Assembly (NCBI GenBank): GCA_009914755.4
Contig: CP086569.2
Span: forward strand, 28,608,001-28,672,000
DNA from: the human T2T-CHM13v2.0 reference genome, Homo sapiens
Direction: 5' to 3'
Length of the DNA: 64,000 nt
Within the stretch, counting starts at the first letter, position 1; each line of letters starts with the position of its first letter. Below the pieces are notes generated by a model. The model was not told the origin of the DNA. It saw only the letters and a list, made by a program, of their open reading frames with translations, and searched no databases. Of this stretch, positions 14,087 through 28,282 are shown piece after piece. A program made the position numbers and the translations under genes.

Positions 14087-17000
14087 CTCGAATGGAAATC
14101 ACTCGAATAGAATGCAATTTAATAAAATAGGATGAAATGTAATGGAATGGAATGGAAAGGAATCGAAACGAAAGGAATGGAGACAGATGGAATGGAATGG
14201 AACAGAGAGCAATGGTATACAATGGAATGGAATCATCTGGAATGGAATTGAATGGAATGGAATAATATGAAATGGAATGGAATGGAATGGAATGCCCTTG
14301 AATTAAATGGACTGGAATGGAATGGACTCGAACAGAGTGGCATGGAAAGTGTTGAGATAGAATGGAATGGACTCGTTGGGAATGGTCTAGTATGCAATGC
14401 AATCGACTGGCAGGGAATCAAAAGGAATGTAATCGAATGGATTGGACTGGAATGCAATGGACTCGAATAGATTGGAAACGGAATGCAAAGGAATGGAATG
14501 GAATAGTATGGAATGGAATGGAAAGGAATGGAGTGGAATAGACTAGAGTGGAATGGAATGGACTCGAAAGCAATGGACTGTAATGGAACTTTCTTGAATG
14601 GACTGGAATCAAACGGAATGGAATGCAATGCAATCAAATGGCATGGAATAAAATAGAATGAAAGAGAATCAAATGGAATGGAATCGAATGGAATCGAATG
14701 GATTGGAAAGGAATAGAATGGAATGGAATGGAATTGATTCAAATGGAATGGACTAGAATGGAATGGATTCGAATGGAAGGCAAAGGAATGGAATCTATTG
14801 GAATGGACTGCAATGGAATGGAATGGAAGGGATTGGAATGGACTCGAATGGAATGGACTGCAATAGAAAGGATTCGAATGGCATGAAAAAGAATTGAATG
14901 GAATAGAACAGAATGGAATCAAATCGAATGAAATGGAATGGAATAGAGAGGAATGGAATGAAATGGAATGGAAAGGATTCGAATGGAATGCAATCGAATG
15001 GAATGGAATCGAACGGAATGGAATAAAATGGAAGCAAACTGGCAAGAAATGGAATCGAAATGAATGGAGTGTTATGGATCGGACTCAAAATGAATTGAAT
15101 GTAATAGAATGGAGTGGAGTGGACTCGAATATAATGGACTGGAATGGAATGAAATCACATGGAATGGGAACGAATGGAATGGAATGGAAAGGAATGGAAT
15201 CGAATGGAAAGGAATCGAATGGAAGGGAATGAAATTGAATCAACAGGAATGGAAGGGAATAGAATAGACGGTAATGGAATGGACTCGAATAGAATGGACA
15301 CGAATGCTCAAATTGAATGGACTCGAATGGAATGGAAACGAAAGGAATGTCATCGAATGGAATGGAATCGATTGGAATGAAATCGCATAGAATGGAGTGG
15401 AATCAAATGGAATTGAATCGAAAGGAAAGGAAGCGAATGGACTGAAATGAAATGGAATGGAATTGAATGGAAAGTAATGCAATGGAATAGAATGGAACGA
15501 AATTTCACGGAATGGAATCAAACTGAATGGAATCAAATCAATGGAATATAATCAAATGGAATGGAAAGGAATTGAATGGAGTAGATGGGATTCGATGGGA
15601 TTGGAATGAAATGTACTGGAAAGGACTCGAATTTCATGAAACGGAATGGAATGAATTGGAACGGAATGGACTCGAATGGAATGGAATGTCATGGAATGGC
15701 ATCAAATGGAATGGCATCAAATGGAATGGAATCGAATGCAATGGAATGCTATGGAATGGAATGGAATGCATTGGAATGGAATGTCCTCTAATGGAATGGA
15801 TTCGAGTGGAATGGAATCGAATATAATGGAGTCGAATGAAATGGAATTGAAAGGAATGGGATCGAATACAATGGAATATACTGGAATGTAATGTAATGAA
15901 CTCGAATGTAATTGACTGGAATGGAATGTACATGAATGGAATGTAATCGAATGGAAAGTAATCCAATGGAATAGAATGTAATGCAATAAAATCGACTCAG
16001 ATAGAGTAGAATGTAATGGAATGGAGTGCAGTGCAATGGAATGGAATGGAATGGAATGGAATGGAATGGAATGGAATGGAATGGAATGGGATGGAATGGT
16101 ATGGAATGGATAGTAATGGACTGGAGTGAAATGGACTGGAAAGGAATGGACTCAAATTGAAAGGGCTCGAAAGGAATGGAGTCAAATGGAATGGTCTGGA
16201 ATGGAATGAACACGAATGTAATGCAATCCAATAGAATGGAATCGAATGGCATGGAATATAAAGAAATGCAATCGAAGAGAATGGAAACAAACGGAATGGA
16301 ATTGAATGGAATGGAATTGAATGGAATGGGAACGAATGGAGTGAAATTGTATGCAGTAGAAGAGAATAGAATGGAATGCAAGCGAAAGGAAAGGAATGGA
16401 TTGGAATGGAATGGAATTCATTGGAATGGAAGGGAATGTAGTGTAATGGACAGGCCTGGAATAAAGTGGAATGCTACGGTCTCGAATGGAATAAAAATGT
16501 ATGGAATGGAATGCAATGAAACGGAATCGAATGTCATAGAATGTAATGGAATGCAAAAAAATGGAATCCAAAATCATTGACTGGAAAGGCTGGGTGTCGA
16601 AAGGAATTGACTCCAATGGAATGGAATCGAATGGAATGGAAGTGAATAGAATCGAACTAAATCGAATGGAATGGAATTGATAGGAACGGAATGGAAAGGA
16701 ATGCAATGATTTGGCATGGAATGGAATCGAATGGCATCGAATGGAATGGAATGGAATGCAATGCAATGGAATGTATTAGAATGTAATGAACTTTAATGGA
16801 ATGTACTCGAATGGATTCGACTGGAATGGAATGTTCTGGAAGTGAATGGACTCCAATGGAATGGATTCAAAAGGAATGGAATCGTACGGAATGGAATCTA
16901 ATGGAATGCAATTAAATGGAAATGAATCAAATTGAATAGCACGAAATTGAATTGAATGGAATCGAATGCAATGGAATCTAATGAAATGGATAGGAAAGGA

Positions 17001-17625
17001 ATGGAATGGAATGGGCTGGAATGGAAAGGAATCGAAACGAATGGAATGGAATCGAACTGAGGAGACTGGAATGGAATACACTTCAATGGAAGGGAATGTA
17101 ATGGAAGGTTCTCGAAAAAAATGGAAACGAATGGAATGGAATTGAATGGAACGGAATAGAGTCGAATGGAATTGAATGCAATGGAATGGACTAGAGTGAA
17201 ATGGAATCGAACCACAAGGAATGGACAGGAATAGAATGGTCTCGAATTGAACGGAATCGTATGGAATGGCATCAAACGGAATGGAATGGACAGCCACGGA
17301 ATGGAATGCACTCGAATGCAATGGAGTCGAAACTAATGGACTGGAATAGAATGGACTCGACTGGTACGGACTCCAATGGAATGGAATCGAATGGAAGGGA
17401 ATCGAACGGAATGGACTCGAAGGGAAAAGACTGCAATGGAAAGGTCTCGAATGGAATGGAAATTAATGGAATGGAATGGAATCGAATGAAATGGAGTCAA
17501 AAGGAATGGAATCGAATGGCAAGAAATCGAATGTAATGGAATCGCAAGGAATTGATGTGAACGGAACGGAATGGAATGGAATCCAAAGAAATGGAATAGA
17601 ATGGAATGGAATCGAATGGAAAGGA
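14087..17625. repeat. DYZ1-like HOR unit U4 (3539 bp)
   Basis: Landmark spacing. It contains an expanded pure (aatgg)~11 run at 16035-16089. Confidence 0.85.
16035..16089. repeat. A pure (AATGG)n pentanucleotide run of ~11 copies inside unit U4
   Basis: This is an uninterrupted aatgg run. The homologous site in U0 (1945-1990) is interrupted after 4 copies. Confidence 0.9.
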
Positions 17626-20600
17626 CTCGAATGGAAATCACTCGAATAGAATGCAATTTAAAAAAATAGGATGAAATGTAATGGAATGGAATGGAAAGGA
17701 ATCGAAACGAAAGGAATGGAGACAGATGGAATGGAATGGAATAGAGAGCAATGGTATAGAATGGAATGGAATCATCTGGAATGGAATTGAATGGAATGGA
17801 ATAATATGAAATGGAATGGAATGGAATGGAATGTCCTTGAATTAAATGGACTGGAATGGAATGGACTCGAACAGAGTGGAATGGAAAGTGTTGAGATAGA
17901 ATGGAATGGACTCGTTTGGAATGGTCTAGTATGCAATGCAATCGACTGGCAGGGAATCAAAAGGAATGTAATCGAATGGATTAGACTGGAATGCAATGGA
18001 CTCGAATAGATTGGAAACGGAATGCAAAGGAATGGAATGGAATAGTATGGAATGGAATGGAAAGGAATGGAGTGGAATAGACTAGAGTGGAATGGAATGG
18101 ACTCGAAAGCAATGGACTGGAATGGAACTTTCTTGAATGGACTGGAATCAAACGGAATGGAATGCAATGCAATCAAATAGCATGGAATAAAATAGAATGA
18201 AAGAGAATCAAATGGAATTGAATCGAATGGAATCGAATGGATTGGAAAGGAATAGAATGGAATGGAATGGAATTGACTCAAATGGAATGGACTAGAATGG
18301 AATGGATTCGAATGGAAAGCAAAGGAATGGAATCTATTGGAATGGACTGCAATGGAATGGAATGGAAGGGATTGGAATGGACTCGAATGGAATGGACTGC
18401 CATAGAAAGGATTCGAATGGAATGAAAAAGAATTGAATGGAATAGAACAGAATGGAATCAAATCGAATGAAATGGAATGGAATAGAAAGGAATGGAATGA
18501 AATGGAATGGAAAGGATTCGAATGGAATGCAATCGAATGGAATGGAATCGAACGGAATGGAATAAAATGGAAGCAAACTGGCAAGAAATGGAATCGAAAT
18601 GAATGGAGTGTTATGGAACGGACTCAAAAGGAATTGAATGTAATAGAATGGAGTGGAGTGGACTCGAATATAATGGACTGGAATGGAATGAAATCACATG
18701 GAATGGGAACGAATGGAATGGAATGGAAAGGAATGGAATCGAATGGAAAGGAATCGAATGGAAGTTAATGAAATTGAATCAACAGGAATGGAAGGGAATA
18801 GAATAGACGGTAATGGAATGGACTCGAATAGAATGGACACGAATGCTCAAATTGAATGGACTCGAATGGAATGGAAACGAAAGGAATGTCATGGAATGGA
18901 ATTGAATCGATTGGAATGAAATCGCATAGAATGGAGTGGAATCAAATGGAATTGAATCGAAAGGAAAGGAAGCGAATGGACTGAAATGAAATGGAATGGA
19001 ATTGAATGGAAAGTAATGCAATGGAATAGAATGGAACGAAATTTCACGGAATGGAATCAAACTGAATGGAATCAAATCAATGGAATATAATCAAATGGAA
19101 TGGAAAGGAATTGAATGGAGTAGATGGGATTGGATGGGATTGGAATGAAATGTACTGGAAAGGACTCGAATTTTATGAAACGGAATGGAATGAATTGGAA
19201 CGGAATGGACTCTAATGGAATGGAATGTCATGGAATGGCATCAAATGGAATGGCATCAAATGGAAAGGAATCGAATGCAATGGAATGCTATGGAATGGAA
19301 TGGAATGCATTGGAATGGAATGTCCTCTAATGGAATGGATTCGAGTGGAATGGAATCGAATATAATGGAGTCGAATGAAATGGAATTGAAAGGAATGGGA
19401 TCGAATACAATGGAATATACTGGAATGTAATGTAATGAACTCGAATGTAATTGACTGGAATGGAATGTACATGGATGGAATGTAATCGAATGGAAAGTAA
19501 TCCAATGGAATAGAATCTAATGCAATAAAATCGACTCAGATAGAGTAGAATGTAATGGAATGGAGTGCAGTGCAATGGAATGGAATGGAATTGAATGCAA
19601 TGGAATGGAATGGAATGGAATGGAATGGGATGGAATGGTATGGAATGGATAGTAATGGACTGGAGTGAAATGGACTGGAAAGGAATTGACTCAAATTGAA
19701 AGGGCTCGAAAGGAATGGAGTCAAATGGAATGGTCTGGAATGGAATGAACACGAATGTAATGCAATCCAATAGAATGGAATCGAATGGCATGGAATATAA
19801 AGAAATGCAATCGAAGAGAATGGAAACAAACGGAATGGAATTGAATGGAATGGAATTGAATGGAATGGGAACGAATGGAGTGAAATTGTATGCAGTAGAA
19901 GAGAATAGAATGGAATGCAAGCGAAAGGAAAGGAATGGATTGGAATGGAATGGAATTCATTGGAATGGAAGGGAATGTAGTGTAATGGACAGGCCTGGAA
20001 TAAAGTGGAATGCTACGGTCTCGAATGGAATAAAAATGTATGGAATGGAATGCAATGAAACGGAATCGAATGTCATAGAATGTAATGGAATGCAAAAAAA
20101 TGGACTCCAAAATCATTGACTGGAAAGGCTGGGTGTCGAAAGGAATTGACTCCAATGGAATGGAATCGAATGGAATGGAAGTGAATAGAATCGAACTAAA
20201 TCGAATGGAATGGAATTGATAGGAACGGAATGGAAAGGAATGAAATGATTTGGCATGGAATGGAATCGAATGGCATCGAATGGAATGGAATGGAATGCAA
20301 TGCAATGGAATGTATTAGAATGTAATGAACTTTAATGGAATGTACTCGAATGGATTCGACTGGAATGGAATGTTCTGGAAGTGAATGGACTCCAATGGAA
20401 TGGATTCAAAAGGAATGGAATCGTACGGAATGGAATCTAATTGAATGGAATTAAATGGAAATGAATCAAATTGAATAGCACGGAATTGAATTGAATGGAA
20501 TCGAATGCAATGGAATCTAATGAAACGGAAAGGAAAGGAATGGAATGGAATGGAATGGGCTGGAATGGAAAGGAATCGAAACGAATGGAATGGAATCTAA

Positions 20601-21169
20601 CTGAGGAGACTGGAATGGAATGCACTGGAATGGAAGGGAGTGTAATGGAATGTTCCCGAAAAAAATGGAAACGAATGGAATGGAATTGAATGGAACGGAA
20701 TAGAGTCGAATGGAATTGAATGGAATGGAATGGACTAGAGTGAAATGGAATCGAACCACAAGGAATGGACAGGAATAGAATGGTCTCGAATTGAATGGAA
20801 TAGTATGGAATGGCATCAAACGGAATGGAATGGACAGCCACGGAATGGAATACACTCGAATGCAATGGAGTCGAAACCAATGGACTGGAATAGAATGGAC
20901 TCGACTGGTACGGACTCCAATGGAATGGAATCGAATGGAAGGGAATCGAACGGAATGGACTCGAAGGGAAAAGACTGCAATGGAAAGGTCTCGAATGGAA
21001 TGGAAATTAATGGAATGGAATGGAATCGAATGAAATGGAGTCAAAAGGAATGGAATCGAATGGCAAGAAATCGAATGTAATGGAATCGCAAGGAATTGAT
21101 GTGAACGGAACGGAATGGAATGGAATCCAAAGGAATGGAATAGAATGGAATGGAATCGAATGGAAAGGA
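17626..21169. repeat. DYZ1-like HOR unit U5 (3544 bp)
   Basis: Landmark spacing. Confidence 0.85.
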
Positions 21170-24100
21170 CTCGAATGGAAATCACTCGAATAGAATGCAA
21201 TTTAATAAAATAGGATGAAATGTAATGGAATGGAATGGAAAGGAATCGAAACGAAAGGAATGGAGACAGATGGAATGGAATGGAACAGAGAGCAATGGTA
21301 TAGAATGGAATGGAATCATCTGGAATGGAATTGAATGGAATGGAATAATATGAAATGGAATGGAATGGAATGGAATGCCCTTGAATTAAATGGACTGGAA
21401 TGGAATGGACTCGAACAGAGTGGAATGGAAAGTGTTGAGATAGAATGGAATGGACTCGTGTGGAATGGTCTAGTATGCAATGCAATCGACTGACAGGGAA
21501 TCAAAAGGAATGTAATCGAATGGATTGGACTGGAATGCAATGGACTCGAATAGATTGGAAACGGAATGCAAAGGAATGGAATGGAATAGTATGGAATGGA
21601 ATGGAAAGGAATGGAGTGGAATAGACTAGAGTGGAATGGAATGGACTCGAAAGCAATGGACTGGAATGGAACTTTCTTGAATGGACTGGAATCAAACGGA
21701 ATGGAATGCAATGCAATCAAATGGCATGGAATAAAATAGAATGAAAGAGAATCAAATGGAATTGAATCGAATGGAATCGAATGGATTGGAAAGGAATAGA
21801 ATGGAATGGAATGGAATTGACTCAAATGGAATGGACTAGAATGGAATGGATTCGAATGGAAGGCAAAGGAATGGAATCTATTGGAATGGACTGCAATGGA
21901 ATGGAATGGAAGGGATTGTAATGGACTCGAATGGAATGGACTGCAATAGAAAGGATTCGAATGGCATGAAAAAGAATTGAATGGAATAGAACAGAATGGA
22001 ATCAAATCGAATGAAATGGAATGGAATAGAAAGGAATGGAATGAAATGGAATGGAAAGGATTCGAATGGAATGCAATCGAATGGAATGGAATCGAACGGA
22101 ATGGAATAAAATGGAAGCAAACTGGCAAGAAATGGAATCGAAATGAATGGAGTGTTATGGAACGGACTCAAAAGGAATTGAATGTAATAGAATGGAGTGG
22201 AGTGGACTCGAATATAATGGACTGGAATGGAATGAAATCACATGGAATGGGAACGAATGGAATGGAATGGAAAGGAATGGAATCGAATGGAAAGGAATCG
22301 AATGGAAGGGAATGAAATTGAATCAACAGGAATGGAAGGGAATAGAATAGACGGTAATGGAATGGACTCGAATAGAATGGACACGAATGCTCAAATTGAA
22401 TGGACTCGAATGGAAGGGAAACGAAAGGAATGTCATCGAATGGAATTGAATCGATTGGAATGAAATCGCATAGAATGGAGTGGAATCAAATGGAATTGAA
22501 TCGAAAGGAAAGGAAGCGAATGGACTGAAATGAAATGGAATGGAATTGAATGGAAAGTAATGCAATGGAATAGAATGGAACGAAATTTCACGGAATGGAA
22601 TCAAACTGAATGGAATCAAATCAATGGAATATAATCAAATGGAATGGAAAGGAATTGAATGGAGTAGATGGGATTGGATGGGATTGGAATGAAATGTACT
22701 GGAAAGGACTCGAATTTTATGAAACGGAATGGAATGAATTGGAACGGAATGGACTCGAATGGAATGGAATGTCATGGAATGGCAACAAATGGAATGGCAT
22801 CAAATGGAATGGAATCGAATGCAATGGAATGCTAAGGAATGGAATGGAATGCATTGGAATGGAATGTCCTCTAATGGAATGGATTCGAGTGGAATGGAAT
22901 CGAATATAATGGAGTCGAATGAAATGGAATTGAAAGGAATGGGATCGAATACAATGGAATATACTGGAATGTAATGTAATGAACTCGAATGTAATTGACT
23001 GGAATGGAATGTACATGGATGGAATGTAATCGAATGGAAAGTAATCCAATGGAATAGAATCTAATGCAATAAAATCGACTCAGATAGAGTAGAATGTAAT
23101 GGAATGGAGTGCAGTGCAATGGAATGGAATGGAATGGAATGCAATGGAATGGAATATAATGGAATGGAATGGAATATGTTGGAATGGTATGGAATGGATA
23201 GTAATGGACTGGAGTGAAATGGACTGGAAAGGAATGGACTCAAATTGAAAGGGCTCGAAAGGAATGGAGTCAAATGGAATGGTCTGGAATGGAATGAACA
23301 CGAATGTAATGCAATCCAATAGAATGGAATCGAATGGCATGGAATATAAAGAAATGGAATCGAAGAGAATGGAAACAAACGGAATGGAATTGAATGAAAT
23401 GGAATTGAATGGAATGGGAACGAATGGAGTGAAATTGTATGCAGTAGAAGAGAATAGAATGGAATGCAAGCGAAAGGAACGGAATGGATTGGAATGGAAT
23501 GGAATTCATTGGAATGGAAGGGAATGTAGTGTAATGGACAGGCCTGGAATAAAGTGGAATGCTACGGTCTCGAATGGAATAAAAATATATGGAATGGAAT
23601 GCAATGAAACGGAATCGAATGTCATAGAATGTAATGGAATGCAAAAAAATGGAATCCAAAATCATTGACTGGAAAGGCTGGGTGTCGAAAGGAATTGACT
23701 CCAATGGAATGGAATCGAATGGAATGGAAGTGAATATAATCGAAATAAATCGAATGGAATGGAATTGATAGGAACGGAATGGAAAGGAATGAAATGATTT
23801 GGCATGGAATGGAATCGAATGGCATCGAATGGAATGGAATGGTATGCAATGCAAAGGAATGTATTAGAATGTAATGAACTTTAATGGAATGTACTCGAAT
23901 GGATTCGACTGGAATGGAATGTTCTGGAAGTGAATGGACTCCAATGGAATGGATTGAAAAGGAATGGAATCGTACGGAATGGAATCTAATGGAATGGAAT
24001 TAAATGGAAATGAATCAAATTGAATAGCAAGGAATTGAATTGAATGGAATCGAATGCAATGCAATCTAATGAAACGGAAAGGAAAGGAATGGAATGGAAT

Positions 24101-24718
24101 GGAATGGGCTGGAATGGAAAGGAATCGAAACGAATGGAATGGAATCGAAGTGAAGAGACTGGAATGGAATGCACTGGAATGGAAGGGAGTGTAATGGAAG
24201 GTTCTCGAAAAAAATGGAATCGAATGGAATGGAATTGAATGGAACGGAATAGAGTCGAATGGAATTGAATGGAATGGAATGGACTAGAGTGAAATGGAAT
24301 CGAACCACAAGGAATGGACAGGAATAGAATGGTCTCGAATTGAATGGAATAGTATGGAATGGCATCAAACGGAATGGAATGGACAGCCACGGAATGGAAT
24401 ACACTCGAATGCAATGGAGTCGAAACTAATGGACTGGAATAGAATGGACTCGACTGGTACGGACTCCAATGGAATGGAATCGAATGGAAGGGAATCGAAC
24501 GGAATGGACTCGAAGGGAAAAGACTGCAATGGAAAGGTCTCGAATGGAATGGAAATTAATGGAATGGAATGGAATCGAATGAAATGGAGTCAAAAGGAAT
24601 GGAATCGAATGGCAAGAAATCGAATGTAATGGAATCGCAAGGAATTGATGTGAACGGAACGGAATGGAATGGAATCCAAAGAAATGGAATAGAATGGAAT
24701 GGAATCGAATGGAAAGGA
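21170..24718. repeat. DYZ1-like HOR unit U6 (3549 bp)
   Basis: Landmark spacing. Confidence 0.85.
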
Positions 24719-27700
24719 CTCGAATGGAAATCACTCGAATAGAATGCAATTTAATAAAATAGGATGAAATGTAATGGAATGGAATGGAAAGGAATCGAAA
24801 CGAAAGGAATGGAGACAGATGGAATGGAATGGAACAGAGAGCAATGGTATAGAATGGAATGGAATCATCTGGAATGGAATTGAATGGAATGGAATAATAT
24901 GAAATGGAATGGAATGGAATGGAATGCCCTTGAATTAAATGGACTGGAATGGAATGGACTCGAACTGAGTGGAATGGAAAGTGTTGAGATAGAATGGAAT
25001 GGACTCGTTTGGAATGGTCTAGTATGCAATGCAATCGACTGGCAGGGAATCAAAAGGAATGTAATCGAATGGATTGGACTGGAATGCAATGGACTCGAAT
25101 AGATTGGAAACGGAATGCAAAGGAATGGAATGGAATAGTATGGAATGGAATGGAAAGGAATGGAGTGGAATAGACTAGAGTGGAATGGAATGGACTCGAA
25201 AGCAATGGACTGGAATGGAACTTTCTTGAATGGACTGGAATCAAACGGAATGGAATGCAATGCAATCAAATGGCATGGAATAAAATAGAATGAAAGAGAA
25301 TCAAACGGAATTGAATCGAATGGAAACGAATGGATTGGAAAGGAATAGAATGGAATGGAATGGAATTGACTCAAATGGAATGGACTAGAATGGAATGGAT
25401 TCGAATGGAAGGCAAAGGAATGGAATCTATTGGAATGGACTGTAATGGAATGGAATGGAAGGGATTGGAATGGACTCGAATGGAATGGACTGCCATAGAA
25501 AGGATTCGAATGGCATGAAAAAGAATTGAATGGAATAGAACAGAATGTAATCAAATCGAATGAAATGGAATGGAATAGAAAGGAATGGAATGAAATGGAA
25601 TGGAAAGGATTCGAATGGAATGCAATCGAATGGAATGGAATCGAACGGAATGGAATAAAATGGAAGAAAACTGGCAAGAAATGGAATCGAAATGAATGGA
25701 GTGTTATGGAACGGACTCAAAAGGAATTGAATGTAATAGAATGGAGTGGAGTGGACTCGAATATAATGGACTGGAATGGAATGAAATCACATGGAATGGG
25801 AACGAATGGAATGGAATGGAAAGGAATGGAATCGAATGGAAAGGAATCGAATGGAAGGGAATGAAATTGAATCAACAGGAATGGAAGGGAATCGAATAGA
25901 CGGTAATGGAATGGACTCGAATAGAATGGACACGAAGGCTCAAATTGAATGGACTCGAATGGAATGGAAACGAAAGGAATGTCATGGAATGGAATTGAAT
26001 CGATTGGAATGAAATCGCATAGAATGGAGTGGAATCAAATGGAATTGAATCGAAAGGAAAGGAAGCGAATGGACTGAAATGAAATGGAATGGAATTGAAT
26101 GGAAAGTAATGCAATGGAATAGAATGGAACGAAATTTCACGGAATGGAATCAAACTGAATGGAATCAAATCAATGGAATATAATCAAATGGAATGGAAAG
26201 GAATTGAATGGAGTAGATGGGATTGGATGGGATTGGAAAGAAATGTACTGGAAAGGACTCGAATTTCATGAAAAGGGATGGAATGAATTGGAACGGAATG
26301 GACTCGAATGGAATGGAATGTCATGGAATGGCATCAAATGGAATGGAATCGAATTCAATGGAATGCTATGGAATGGAATGGAATGAATTGGAATGGAACG
26401 TCCTCTAATGGAATGGATTCGAGTGGAATTGAATCGAATATAATGCAGTCGAATGAAATGGAATTGAAAGGAATGGGATCGAATACAATGGAATATACTG
26501 GAATGTAATGTAATGAACTCGAATATAATTGACTGGAATGGAATGTACATGAATGGAATGTAATCGAATGGAAAGTAATCCAATGGAATAGAATCTAATG
26601 CAATAAAATCGACTCAGATAGAGTAGAATGTAATGGAATGGAGTGCAGTGCAATGGAATGGAATGGAATGGAATGCAATGGAATGGAATGGAATGGAATG
26701 GAATGGAATGGAATGGAATGGGATGGAATGGTATGGAATGGATAGTAATGGACTGGAGTGAAATGGACTGGAAAGGAATGGACTCAAATTGAAAGGGCTC
26801 GAAAGGAATGGAGTCAAATGGAATGGTCTGGAATGGAATGAACACGAATGTAATGCAATCCAATAGAATGGAATCGAATGGCATGGAATATAAAGAAATG
26901 GAATCGAAGAGAATGGAAACAAACGGAATGGAATTGAATGGAATGGAATTGAATGGAATGGGAACGAATGGAGTGAAATTGTATGCAGTAGAGGAGAATA
27001 GAATGGAATGCAAGCGAAAGGAAAGGAATGGATTGGAATGGAATGGAATTCATTGGAATGGAATGGAATTCATTGGAATGGAAGGGAATGTAGTGTAATG
27101 GACAGGCCTGGAATAAAGTGGAATGCTACGGTCTCGAATGGAATAAAAATGTATGGAATGGAATGCAATGAAACGGAATCGAATGTCATAGAATGTAATG
27201 GAATGCAAAAAAATGGAATCCAAAATCATTGACTGGAAAGGCTGGGTTTCGAAAGGAATTGACTCCAATGGAATGGAATCGAATGGAATGGAAGTGAATA
27301 GAATCGAACTAAATCGAATGGAATGGAATTGGTAGGAACGGAATGGAAAGGAATGAAATGATTTGGCATGGAATGGAATCGAATGGCATCGAATGGAATG
27401 GAATGGAATGCAATGCAATGGAATGTATTAGAATGTAATGAACTTTAATGGAATGTACTCGAATGGATTCGACTGGAATGGAATGTTCTGGAATTTAATG
27501 CACTCCAATGGAATGGATTCAAAAGGAATGGAATCGTACGGAATGGAATCTAATGGAATGGAATTAAATGGAAATGAATCAAATTGAATAGCACGGAATT
27601 GAATTGAATGGAATCGAATGCAATGGAATCTAATAAAACGGAAAGGAAAGGACTGGAATGGAATGGAACGGGCTGGAATGGAAAGGAATCGAAACGAATG

Positions 27701-28282
27701 GAATGGAATCGAACTGAAGAGACTGGAATGGAATGCACTGGAATGGAAGGGAGTGTAATGGAAGGTTCTCGAAAAAAATGGAATCGAATGGAATGGAATT
27801 GAATGGAACGGAATAGAGTCGAATGGAATTGAATGGAATGGAATGGACTAGAGTGAAATGGAATCGAACCACAAGGAATGGACAGGAATAGAATGGTCTC
27901 GAATTGAATGGAATCGTATGGAATGGCATCAAACGGAATGGAATGGACAGCCACGGAATGGAATGCACTCGAATGCAATGGAGTCGAAACTAATGGACTG
28001 GAATAGAATGGACTCGACTGGTACGGACTCCAATGGAATGGAATCGAATGGAAGGGAATCGAACGGAATGGACTCGAAGGGAAAAGACTGCAATGGAAAG
28101 GTCTCGAATGGAACGGAAATTAATGGAATGGAATGGAATCGAATGAAATGGAGTCAAAAGGAATGGAATCGAATGGCAAGAAATCGAATGTAATGGAATC
28201 GCAAGGAATGGATGTGAACGGAACGGAATGGAATGGAATCCAAAGGAATGGAATAGAATGGAATGGAATCGAATGGAAAGGA
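24719..28282. repeat. DYZ1-like HOR unit U7 (3564 bp)
   Basis: Landmark spacing. It carries a 20-bp tandem duplication at 27041-27080 and an expanded (aatgg)n run near 26651-26720. Confidence 0.85.
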
